A DNA stretch of 64,000 nt, taken from the NCBI RefSeq assembly GCF_009914755.1, contig NC_060928.1, one strand, 5' to 3'. Each line of letters starts with the position of its first letter. The stretch's first letter is position 1. Shown here piece by piece: positions 42,471-56,246 of this stretch. Both the position numbers and the translations under genes were made by a program. Source of the stretch: the human T2T-CHM13v2.0 reference genome, Homo sapiens. The notes beneath the pieces are model-generated. The model saw only the letters and a program-made list of their open reading frames with translations. It was not told the DNA's origin and ran no database searches.

Positions 42471-43834
42471 GGTTCAGCAATTAATTATTTTATTATATCT
42501 GTTTCTATTGTAGATAAGTACCATGTACATAATCTTCTTTCTGAATGAAATATTTAACACTCAGCTTGAGTAGATCTGTACATATGATACTTTTAATATG
42601 AAAATATAAAGGTTATTTCCAATTTGATACAAAATTAGCAAAAAAAGATGGTTGAAAAAACTAAACATTTAATATGTAATTATAATATGATACATATAAT
42701 TATATACTTGTCAATCTAAGAAAAGACACTGGCGAAAAGTATCTACTAATATAATGAGTTTATTCAGGAGTAGGAAAAAAATGATTATAATGAAGTACAG
42801 CTTTGGCAATACATAGATATACTTGAAGAGGCTATGTAGCCAAACCAAAGCAGATTTTAGCCTTTTTCTGCAGTACCTGTAAACAATTTAAATATGTCAT
42901 TCCAAAGCCTTGGTAATATAACCAAAATTTCCAGTTTTATCTTGTTATAAAGAATGTACATTCTTATTGCTATAAAAAATAAGAATGCTCAAAATAGTTT
43001 TTAAATTTTGGAGAGATCAAGTAGGGAGAAAAAGTAAATGTTTTCACGTTTGTTCACAAAAGTATAATTTACCTAATTGTTGTCAATTATAGATAGCCCA
43101 AGAGAGAAATTTTTCTTAAATCTGGAAAATAAAACATTTAATTACAGAACCAACAATGTTTTAAGTTAAACTCATAAAAACATTACCTTAATCAGTTACT
43201 TAATTTCATGTAATTAATTTTTGTTCTTCTTCGTCTTGATTAACAATTTTATGAATTAATCAATTTCTTCATTAGAGTTTTGGAAAATCTTTATTTAGTT
43301 CATTAATCTTAAATTTATCAGAATCCCGTATTCAAGAGTACTTGTTAGAGTCTTCCAAGAATCAGATTACACATGCCTTTAAGAAATATTGAAACAATGA
43401 CTGTGAGTGATGAAACTTAGACTAGCTGTGGTTAAAAATTGAAGGAGAATTCATCGTTAACTAACAATTACAAAGGAATTTAGTTATTTTTGTGGTAAAC
43501 AACATAAAAACTAAAATTATTATTGATGACATAGATTTTAAAGAACTTTATATAATTTTGGAAACTTCATATGAATAATATACCCATACATTAACTGAAA
43601 GAAGATCTAGCATCACTTCTCACTTGACAAAGTTTTCTGTATCTACCCAACATCTCAAAAAGCCTGATTTAGTTCAATATCTCTCTTTTATAAACCTTTG
43701 AGACTTTCCAGGACTCTCTGAAACATCCCAACATTGGTTTGAGGTAAAAAAATATATATATATACATAATTTAATCACAGGAAAGCCTGACAAAGATGTC
43801 AAAAGGTCTAAAACACTTGATCAAAATGGGATCT

Positions 43835-44780
43835 TAATGGGATTCTTTAAGTGCTCCTTGACACCTGGAAATCGTGGCCATTGGTGCCTCTGCACAGCCT
43901 TCACTCGGCTCTAGGCTCACCACTGGGCTTGCTCCACCCACTCTGCCCAGCAGGCTGTGGTTGCTGCAAGGTCCACACTCAGCCTGCAGCTGGGCTGGGC
44001 ATGCTGTGATCTGCTTCCAACCTTGGGTGCCAGAGTCTGGATGAGGTGGATGCGGCGTCACTCAAAAACTCAGAGATGCCAGCAACCACAGAGTCCCAAG
44101 GGGTGTTATGGCTCTCTCCCAGGAGTCCCAAGGTCTAAGTCCCCAGAAATTGTTACAGCTCTCTCGTCTTCCTGCCACCCACAGTGCAGGAAACAGGTGG
44201 AAGTGGGGTCATGTTACAGCTCATTTCTGTTACAGCTCATTTGTTTCTGCCACCCACAGTGCAGTGAACAGGGGTATGTGGTGCCTAGCAGCTTTCCCCC
44301 CGCTTGCTCAGTGAGCTGGAGGGAGGGTTACCATATTACAGCTCTTTTCACCCCTGCCATTGGGAGGGTTCCGGGTTCTTGACCTGCAACCACCAAGAAT
44401 GACGTTATGCTGACACCAGAGAGTGAACAAGGCAGGGAAGAATTTTATTGAGTAACAGAAAAGCTCTTGAAAACAAGAGCAGACCTGAAGCGTGTAGCCC
44501 TCCATGTGAGAGGGGTTGAAAGCATATAGCCCAATGTGTGGCTGAGTCCAGGGTTTTTATGGGCTCAGAATGGGGGATTGCATGCTGATTGGTCCATGGG
44601 CAGGCCTGGAAAAATCACCATTTGATTGGCTAAAAGGCATCGAGGAAGTTCTCACTCCAGTCAAAAACTGAGCTGGCAGCTCAGTTTTCAGGCTTTAAAT
44701 TGTCTTTGGTTTGAAGGTCAGGTTTTACCAGGGACCCATCCCTGTCTGCCTAGGAATTTGTCTGCCTCCTGCTGCTATCA
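43835..44780 (-). mobile_element. GC-rich ERV1 solo LTR (LTR27/LTR28/MER52 group) nested in provirus B
   Basis: Minus-strand start tgatagcagcaggaggcagacaaattcctaggcagacaggg; TSD atct/atca; two CCAAT boxes, TATA-like box, AATAAA. Confidence 0.85.
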
Positions 44781-46018
44781 ATCACATGGCATTGTGAAAT
44801 AACAGTAATTCACTTAACCAGAGTGACAATCAAAAGACTTCAAAAACAATTTAAAAAGTTACATGAATGATAAAACAACAACAACAACAACACTCTTTCA
44901 AAGCTCAGTTTTCCTAAGTTAAAAAAAAAAAAAAACTAACAAATACAACATTAAATACAGTAAATAATCTTATTAAAGTGTAAAATCTTTGTTTCTTAGG
45001 CTAGTTACCAATGAGGTAAAGAAAAAGCTCCTGTAGCATGGTTGTTTCTACTTATGAAAAGCCCATTTAGATAACCTGAAAATTGGACCTAATGAAAAGG
45101 TACTTGAATTCAGTTTGATACAGGAAGAATGTTTGTTCAAGGTTATGAGTATACATCACATTATAGAAGAATAATGTAAACACCTTGAGTGGGGAAATAC
45201 ATGGACCTTAGTAAAAGCATGGGAAATTTCCTATTTACATGAACAAATTCAGACATATCACAGAAAGCCAAGAGTACATAATCAAGTGATACTGGAGGAA
45301 AACATTGCTCTAAACTGTAGGGCTGCAGTTCAGAAGATTGAAAATTTAGAGGAACAGATTTCAGAATTAAACTAAACCTCTTGCAGTTTTCTTTGTTTTT
45401 TTTCCCCCCAAGGATAGACCAACATTCTAAAAAAATCTTATTGCTCCAAACATAAATAAACAGACTCTAGTCCTGCACCAGTTCATCCCTGACACCAATG
45501 CTCAATTATTAGAAAAACACATAAACAATTCCCTACATCCAGCAGCCAAACCACAAATAAGACCCAACTTTCATAAACTCTCCACAACTGGCTTAGATCT
45601 ATCATTTTCTTAAACCCCTAGTCTTTGTCCTATATTTCCCCCTTTTTTAAATAGTGGAAAAATCAATCATTTTACCTTAGGACAAAAATTCACTTTTTAA
45701 TTATTTTCTCTTATCATTGAGACAATAGAAAATTCTTTCTCATATAAAATTACTGTTTTTGTACATTTTACATACAAAATTACATATGTTAATCAGAAAA
45801 TTTAGCAACTGTAATTTTTAGTGAAAACCTAGGAAGTAATTTTGAACTGTTATGTCACATCTCATAAATATATCATTTATAACCTCTAAAAAGCATATTT
45901 TGTAGAATATTTTAATGTAGAATAAGACATATTTACTAATATTAATATATTCAAATTTATAACAAACTTATGTTCGCCAATTTTTTTTGTATTTTATTTT
46001 ACTTAGAAATGATTATTT

Positions 46019-46099
46019 GACATTGCATGACTGTATCACTATTTCATGTACCCCATAAATATGTACACCTACTATGTACCCACAAAAAAAATTTAAAAA
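46019..46099 (+). mobile_element. Short L1MA-type 3' end nested in provirus B
   Basis: catgtaccccataaatatgtacacctactatgtacccacaaaaa. Confidence 0.75.
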
Positions 46100-47269
46100 C
46101 CCAAAAGATTCAGACATTAAATATCTATTACATAATTTAAATATTTTATATTTCATAAAATGTTAATTTATAAATGAATACCCTATTTAAGTTAACCTAA
46201 TTTATTTATTTTTAACAATTATACCTAGATTAGTTATGAAAACTGAGATATTAAACTGAGTTTGTCATAATTTCAATTTTTTTGTCAAAGAAAAACTCTA
46301 AAAGTTAAATAATTTTGCTTTATATGCATTGTACTCTCATCTATACATTTGCTTTTAGGTCAAACTCATACTTTTAAGATGCTAAAATATTTATCAAAGA
46401 CAAAAATAAACAGTCTAGCCAGCAAATCTAGGCAAAAAAAAAGTACTCTAACAATTCTGATAACATCTTAATTTTTATCTTATCAACAAATTTAAAACCA
46501 GCTTATTCATCAAAGATTTACATAAGTCATTATGAACAAAAAGGCATTTGTGTTAATCACTCACTATTTTTTTTTATAAATAGCTTAATTCAGGTGCTTA
46601 ACATTTTTCCTTTCAGTCAGTGAAGCTCTTTTATATATTTGGGTAGAAAAATATCACATACCTATAAGCATATAGTTAAAAAATACAGATGAACAAAAAC
46701 AAACACTTTACAGAAAGGCCTTACAATTTTTATTTTAAAAGATTAGTTGTGAATAAAACATAGTATTAATAATATAACTTCATCAGGTTATATGAAGACA
46801 GTTGGATCCAAATTATATTTTTAACAAAACAGTCAAGGCTAAACTTTAATATTTTTTAGTTATCCCAGTACTTAATCTTATAAGACTTATATCTTATAAG
46901 ACTGTGCACCAGATTTGGGGTAAAGTAGTAAGAGTTAGTTACCAAAATAATGGACAAAGAATAGTTAACTGTTAAAATATGACAAAATAATGTAAGGAAG
47001 CTTAAAAGATAACAATTATTCTAACCAGGTCCATACAGTATTATCTTTATCTTAATTTTTTTATCCTTGAAGATTAATTGTGTTACCTTTTTTTCAAGCA
47101 TAAGGAGACAGGGTGCCTATTACATGACAATTTCATCTTCTGCTTTTAAGAAACAGTGCAAACATCAGAATGAATATTTTTATACCTGCTATTTTTCAAG
47201 TATCTTTACTTAAATAGTCAATATGCCAGAATAGCTGAGGAATTTTGGACAAGGAGAGTTTAGCTCACA

Positions 47270-47655
47270 AAAGAATAAAGAGAAAGAGGCATAGGAAAGG
47301 GAAGGAAGACTCTGAAAAAGAGAGTCTCAGCCAGCTTTGAGACAATATCTTTCATGGAGGCAATTTTTGAATCTTGAATGCATTTAGAAGTTCCAAAGTT
47401 CCAATTGAAGTATGCCTTTCACTCCGATTTGTTAATTTTAGAACCATGATATTTTAATTCAGCCCTAAGAGAGACATGTTTGGGAAACTAACAGACTGTC
47501 AAGAGGACCCATTGAATATCTAAACTAGTTCAGGTGTACTTTGCCCATTGATTTAAAAATGTGCACAGGAAAGGACCATAATTTTTACATGTATAGCTAA
47601 CCGAGGTCTCAGAAGGGGAACTTTTGTTGCATGCATTGAAATTTGGGGATTCCAT
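47270..47655 (-). pseudogene. Matrix-like (gag or pre-gag) remnant of provirus B
   Basis: One frame with 3 stops: MESPNF...SPSETSVSYTCKNYGPFLCTFLNQW...LDIQW...GSKINKSE*KAYFNW; aligns by eye with the provirus A Gag N-terminus. Confidence 0.7.
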
Positions 47656-48065
47656 TCTTATTGATAAATGTTAAAACACAGAGAAGAAAAGCCTACCAAT
47701 AATCAAAAGTATAAACATGAACAAACAACTCAGAATAAAACTGAAACCAGAAGAGTACTCACCAAGTCCAGAAAGAGAAACTGTCTTAGTACCAGAAAGG
47801 GCTTGCCAGAAAAGACAAAAAGTGTAAAAATCTTTATTGTCCCAGAAAGAATGCAAGGTTTTTTATTAAGTTAGTGTTAATCAAACTAGATCCAAAATGA
47901 AGTCCTCAGGGAGCTGCTATCAAACGGAGCCCACTGGACCTGAGAGAAGGCTTACCTGGAGAGAAAAAGGTGACCTAAGGAAGTGAAGAGTACAAAGTAC
48001 TCAGTTGTGGGTACTTCAGTCGATTCCAAAAGTCAGTGATTCCCTCAAAATTTCATCTTGCTTCA

Positions 48066-48083
48066 GGGCCACTTCTGACACCA
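48066..48083 (-). promoter_or_regulatory. Primer-binding site, tRNA-Leu(CAA)-like
   Basis: Minus strand tggtgtcagaagtggccc vs TGGTGTCAGAAGTGGGAT (15/18, tRNA recalled), next to the LTR. Confidence 0.75.
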
Positions 48084-48088
48084 GATTA

Positions 48089-48569
48089 TATCAACCTAAA
48101 AAAAACAAAAAATGAGAAACAAAAAAAAAGGACATCAGAGAAAAATATGTCAGAATATGATGAGTTTATTTGGGAGTGTACAAAAAAGATTTTAATCTGG
48201 AAGCATAGCCATCACAAGCCATCGGTGCATTCAAATAAGGGAGGATAAAGGGCAGCTTTTAGTGGCAAAAAAATTAGTACCTCTAAGCTGCTTGGAATAG
48301 AGCTCTTTGGTTCTGGAGGCTCAAAGATAAAATTGGCATCAGTCCATTGGTGGAGATGCCTTTACTGGGCAAGTGTTCCTTCCAGAGCATCTTACTTGAA
48401 TTGCTGCAGTCCTGAAGAAGAAACTCCTTCTAGGGTCATTTTAGAGAGTCCTTGAGACAATCCTTATCTTACACATGCAAGCATGAGCTGCCCTCCTCCG
48501 TGCTTTCCTAGTTCTAATTTGATTAGGGCCAATAAGAATGACTTTATCGTGGTATCTACAACTTTCACA
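48089..48569 (-). repeat. 5' LTR of provirus B (MER34/MER90-like)
   Basis: Minus strand tgtgaaagttgtagatacc...aataaactc...ggttgata; 3' part resembles 42709-42833. Confidence 0.8.
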
Positions 48570-50021
48570 TACTATGTGTATTGTATGTATTAAATATGTG
48601 GTATTATATATCTTGATATATTCCCTATATACATATATGCACACATACGCTATATATAATATACTGTATATTATATATTTAACTGTTTCTAATGCGTATT
48701 TCTCTGCTTACATATGTGCATATGTGTTCAATTATATACTCTACATATTAATGTAACTGTAATATTCCATATAGTCCATTTAATACATTTTCTAATACAG
48801 TTGTCTGCTTGTATGTTTGCATGATTAATAACATTGGCAAATATTCCAAATACATAACCTGAAATTGAAAATAAATGATTTGTTTCAAATTATTAAAACC
48901 CTTGAACAAAAATGCAAAATCTACCCAGGCATTCATGGAATGCTTTAAAATCCAGAGAAAATGAAATAAGGATTAAACTTGAACTATTCTGCAGAGGATA
49001 TGGATTTACTATGTGAATAGTTAGGAGTGTTTCAATTCAAGCAAAACATTAAATGATAGTGTCAAACTCTTAGCCTGGAGCGTATTTATCATCAATTTCT
49101 TTTCTTGGTAGTAGCATTAAGGAAGCATTAAGAAAAGGATAAAGTACATTTAATGCTGTAGGAAGAAAAAGTTAATGATCCTAAAAGATGATCATGGCTG
49201 CTTGTCCTTGAATATTTAAATAATTTTTCTTAGCTGGAAAGTTATAAAAATGCTTTTAAAATGTTATTGGATTTCATATGAGATGTAAATCCTTTAATTT
49301 CCCAAGAGCATTAAGTGGGCAAACTCACAAACCAGATTTGACTTTCATTGTCCTGTCTGCTTTTATGACTGACATCTATTACTTGTTTTTAGAGTTTATA
49401 AGATCAGTGCTGCAGGAGGCATTTATTTCTTCTGAAGACTATTGCCTGCATTGGTAATAACAAGTATCAGAGCCCTGCTTATGACCTCAAGATCCAAACC
49501 ACTTTCTTTTCCCTTTGAACCAATTTAGACTGAGAAGCAGAATTTTCATGCTTTCCCACTCAATGATTTTTTTTCAGAACATAAGTTGCTTTATTAAAAG
49601 TAATAAGCATAATTTGAAAAAAAATCTATTATTTTATGCTTAATAACATTTACTACTTATAAATGATATATGATTGAGGACAAAATTTAATTAATATAAA
49701 CACAAAGATATCTTTTTTATTATATACTCTTTTCCAAATACTATTAATATTATTTCCAACACTATCTTCCCAATTTTAAGAAAGAAGCAACTAGTCTTGA
49801 CTGCTTAGCCTGGCCTTTCATGTCTCTCTTTTGATAGGAAAACTAATCCTCAAGTTAAAACTGAAAAGGGGGAAATTGGTGTTTTATTATCCCTTGAATT
49901 AATCCTAGTCCTATTGCACACAGGACATGTCAAGTTCTATGGATTCCCAACAATCTGCATTTCTAAATCCTACATTTCATAGGATAAAAGAGATGGTATT
50001 TCTAAAAGCTTTAAATGCTGA

Positions 50022-50627
<606 letters not shown>

Positions 50628-51095
50628 TTGCACAATGTTTTATTATTGTAAGAAAACCATCCTTTAGCCATTAAAAATTATCTGTGAGTTTTTCTTTAAC
50701 AGTTTGCTGAATATCCCATCAAAACTCTAACTGGAGGGAGCTCAACTTTATTACCCCAGAAGTATACTTCATGAGTATCTAATTATCATGTAGACCTTAC
50801 ATTGTACTTAAATCTTATTTATTGAGAAACTTTATTATGGTATCTTCTTATCTACTAAATTTCCTACCTTATTTTTGGGTAAAATAGGCCATCATTATTT
50901 CCAGAAACTACAGCTAATTAGAATGTAAATATGTGTTCATTTAAACTGAATTAATATAGCATATATATTTTTAAATGATTGATTCTTCTTAAATGAATAA
51001 AATCATCTTTAAATTATTTCTAAATTATTGATTCTGACATCAGAGAATTCTGCTAGTCATTTAGACATAATTACAAAGCTAAAAATTATCTTTCC

Positions 51096-51126
51096 TTCTC
51101 TCTCCCTCCCTCTTTCTCTCTCGCTG

Positions 51127-51174
<48 letters not shown>
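51096..51174. repeat. Compound (CT)n(CA)n microsatellite
   Basis: Direct inspection. Confidence 0.95.
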
Positions 51175-51177
<3 letters not shown>

Positions 51178-51799
51178 TGCCTCCCTCTCTCCGTTTAAAT
51201 GTCTGAAAGTTGCACTCTCTTGCAAAAATTTTATAATTACAAATAAAACTCTAGCCAGTAATTATGGCTTTTTCTTTCACAAAACTCTCTCCTCTTTTAA
51301 AAATACTATTTTTTAGTATTATGTCTGGTAGGAGGAAATACGTATTTAATTTATTCTTCTGATCCAGAGAACCTCAACAGATGAACAGTGTAAATAATCA
51401 TAGTTTGTTAATGCCTTTCTAAAATATTTTGTCTGCTGTTAATAGTGCCATTTTTCTGAGATCTACTCTTAACTTTTCTGCTCCACAGAATTTTGGCTTC
51501 AGTGTCTATGTTCTTCTGCGAGCTATGCTCCCTGCCACTGTTGATAGGGGTCAGGTCTCAGAGAACTTGCTTTCCCAGAAACTGCTCTGTCTAAAACACA
51601 GTAAGTCATCAAAAACATTTTCTGAACAAATACATTAGTGGACAATATGGGCTGGTTCATTTTAAGATTCAAATAACACCTCTTCCACATTAAGGAGATG
51701 TTCCCCTTAAGGGAACTAGAGGGGGTTGGGTGAGATGAACAGGATTTTGCACAATGGAACAGGATTTTTTAATTTGTGTAATGTGATGATCATACTTAC

Positions 51800-51879
51800 C
51801 TTATTGGTCCTTCAAGGTTCCACCATTTGGAATCAGCTGTTCTTTGGAATTTTCCTTCCTGACATAATTGGAGTCATTC
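51800..51879 (-). other. Candidate 80-nt non-coding exon
   Basis: Minus strand ttttaatacag|GAATG...AATAAG|gtaagt; stop codons in all three frames. Confidence 0.35.
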
Positions 51880-52369
51880 CTGTATTAAAACACTCATAGA
51901 CACAATAAATTGCATACCTAGCACACCTGGTGGAAAGTTGCCCACCAGCATTCTGCTCCCCCATGCTTCATGAGAAAGTAACCATCACTACCCCAGCTGA
52001 CCCCCTTTGTGGAACTTGGCCTTCAACTAATATTTCTGCATTCTGATGGATAGGACTAACCATCCTTCTTTTTACTATTTATAAGCTATTTGAATGAGAG
52101 GAGAAAAACTGTTGGGACATAGTAATTATGTTGAATTACATAGTTGTACTCAACAGAACTAATTATAGTTCAATTAAATATAATGTTCAAATAGAATTAT
52201 CATTTTATTATTTCAATAACAAATATTAGTTGAAATGTAAATATGAGGTTATTTTAGATTAAAAATAGATTAGTTGTTACTTTTCAGAAATCAAATGTGA
52301 CTAAAAGTCATGCAGATTCCAGTATAATTCTGCCTTCTGAGAGTTAGTAATTGCTATATTTGGATTTCA

Positions 52370-52784
<415 letters not shown>

Positions 52785-53264
52785 TCAACTGAACAAACTA
52801 TATGAGGCAAAAGTTTTCAGGCACATGAGAAGGGGAACTTTCACACCGTGAGCCCTAAATTTGCCTCTGATTTCTACCCATGAATAATTTCTTGGCTGTG
52901 GCACAGAGAGGTATCCCACGGAAGTTTTGCTAAGCAAACGGGGCAGAGCGCCGACTGGGGCTGTTGATGCAATCTCCAGAACATGACACTGAAGAGTTCT
53001 TGTCAAACATATGCCTAACTTATGTGAACATCTTCAGTCATAGAAAGCTCATATCATCTTTGGACAACTCTGATTATTACTAGGGAACTGAAATCTATAT
53101 CTTTATTATGATAGCTGCTCTTCATCATCTTAACTCCTGCCAGTTGTCTAAACATCATGGTGGCTGATGCAGATAGCCCTTAGACATTGACACTTCTAAT
53201 TAGCTCATCATCCATCTGCTTTTGTCATCTCTAATGCTATTTCCTCACTATGTGAAAATATTTT

Positions 53265-53598
<334 letters not shown>

Positions 53599-55856
53599 TC
53601 ACCCAATCCTCTATCAAAATTTAAACGTCATTCCTTTCTATTATTCTTACCAAAATATTTTAATTTTTTTCCTTCCTAATTATAAATCCTTCTGTCTTGA
53701 ATGTAAGATTAAGCATAATTTTCTGTTTCATAGTGAAAAGTGTTATAACAAATGAAATGAAACAATGTTTCCGAAAGTCTTTTTTGATACGCTAGATGTT
53801 ATTCGTATTTAAAATTTTATTTTCCCTTTTTTCCTCATTCTCAAAATGTTTTTTAATAACTATGTCACTAGAACTCTGAGGGATACCAAGGGAACACTAA
53901 TGAACAATAATAAGGTCTTTGACATTATAAAACTTACAGTTTTGTGGTAACAGTAGACATTAAACAGATAACTACACAATTGATTAATTACAATTGTGAT
54001 AACTAATGAGATGGGCACAATATAGAGAGACAGTCTATTCTGAAGGGTCACAGTGGACATTATATCACATATATATTTACAAAATACTTGAAAGGCTTCA
54101 CAACTTATATAAATTATTGCAAAAGTTATCATAGAAAGAAATTTTGGTATCCAGTTGCATTAAATGAAGTTAATGACAAGTGTAGTTTTATCTTATTTTT
54201 ACCTTTTGCTTTTTTCTAACTGATAGACTTAACCAAGTAATCATAATTAATATATCCATTAAAGTTTCTGTTTTTTATTGAAGTAATAGTGAATAGTAAA
54301 CAGACAGTAAGTCATGAAACATTGTCTTTTTAGATAGATAATAACAGTAATAGAAAGAAATAAGATTAATGTATGTTTTGGTATTATGCCAAGCTTTCTC
54401 TTGCTCTTATTCTTTCTCTCTTTGCTTTCCACCCTCCCTCTCTCTCTCTCCCTTTTTCTCCTTATATCTTTGTAATTTTATTTAATTCATATGATGACAT
54501 AATATGTAAGTAGCATAATTTTCCCCATTCTTCAAACAGGCAAACTTAGACTTTTGAGACTTTAAGAACTTTGCTCAGGACAACCAAATCCTAAGTGGCT
54601 TAGGGCAAAATTCAAATGCAATTATCTCTATTCAAAGATATATACACTTACCTGGTGAGTCGTGGTTTCATAGACCTTTATTAAATGCTTACCTTGAACT
54701 AGGGACTACTTTAAGCAAGAGGGAAATAAAGATGAATTTGATATGAGCCTTGATGGCAATGTAATGTCGTAGAAGTAAAGGAGTGTAACCACTTCCTAAA
54801 AGAGAAGAGTAGCATTGCCTAATTACCTGGAGTTAGAAGGTTCAAAAGGCTTCACAGAAGAGACACTCTTAAGCTCAATCATGAAGAAAAGTCAGAGTTT
54901 GCCCTCTAGAAAATAGCTGCATGTGCAAGATACTGTACAAAGGAGGAGTAACGAATATTATACAGTATAATTGAGGAATCATAAGAAGCCATATACAACT
55001 CAATTATAGAATACATTATTAGAACATTTTCTGGAAAAAATAATACAGGAAGCCAGAGAGCAGTGCTTGCAAGTAATGATGGAGTTGTAAGTAATTCAAT
55101 TTAACTTAATTACTTGTTGATTCTCAATATGGGGATTAATTGTATATAGTCTTAATTTTGTTTTAAATATTAAAGAAGTCTGCAGCTTTAATTTCTTTCT
55201 TAATATGCAATTTATCTAAACCTCAATTTGGAAAATTTCCTCAGTTAAGTAGAAATGTACATCTGTTTTGAGGAAAGAGAAATAGATGGCACAAAGTAAT
55301 CGATTACACAAATTGAGGTTTCAGGTTTGCTTTTTCTGTCTATTTGTTTATTAAATGGCTTTGAAAGAATTTGTTTGACATGAAATCAAAAGAGGTTTGT
55401 AGGAACTGTATTATCTCTTTTCATGACAATGCATAATGAGCTACTGAATGAAGGATTGGCTACCTCTGCCATTTGAATAGTCAAAGGGAATTTGTGTTTA
55501 TTTCACTGTCAGCAGAACACAGCAACTTAGATATTCTCTGCATATTTTGACATTCCAAAAATTTTTTTCTGTATATAACCTCTAAAAGTTAAATCACGAA
55601 CCAATATTACTTGTTCTTCTAGTTTAGAACTACTAGATTCTATTAAAGAACATTTGTATGTACACCAAAAACCTGTTTGAGCAACTGCAATCATTATTTG
55701 CTTCTACCTGTGCCCACATCCATACTGACCTAAACCATCAACCTTTGTTAATGAGCCAATTATTTCCAATGGGGACATTATCTCCCTGTTTATAAAGACT
55801 GAAACAACAGGAATGAATAAATGCTACATGATAAAGGGGAGATTAAAACTACATGT

Positions 55857-56246
55857 TATTATGGACTGAATTGTGTATCTTCCAGAAATTCCTATGTTGA
55901 AACCCTAACTCCAAATATGACTGCATATTGGAGGTGGGGCCCTTAAGTAGGTAACTGAGGTTTAATGGGGTTGTAGGAGTGGAGCCCTAATTCGATAGGA
56001 CTAGAGTCCAGTGTTTACATAAGAAGAAGCGATGCCAGGGATCTCTGTTTCTCTCCCTGTGCTCACAGAGGAAAGGCTACGTGAGCACAAAGTGAGAAAG
56101 TTGTATGCAAACTAGAAAAAGAGAACTCACCAGAAACCAACCCTATTGGCACCTCTTGGACTTCCAGCCTCCACAACTGGAAGAAAATAAATTTCTAATG
56201 TTTAAGCCACAGTGGCATTCTTGTGTTAGCCCTAGAAGAAAATACG
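55857..56246 (+). mobile_element. MaLR solo LTR, MLT1A-like
   Basis: tattatggactgaattgtg...ggacttccagcctccacaactg...aaatac. Confidence 0.8.

Larger units (their letters stand above)
42709..48569 (-). mobile_element. Provirus B: deleted ERV1 element with AT-rich MER4-group-like internal region
   Basis: Perfect TSD TACT (42705-42708, 48570-48573); 5' LTR 48089-48569; 3' LTR remnant 42709-~42833; PBS; no pol or env motifs seen. Confidence 0.85.

Noticed and set aside
43957-44382. 141-aa ORF
   Set aside because: Lies within a GC-rich LTR where stops are rare; no recognisable domain
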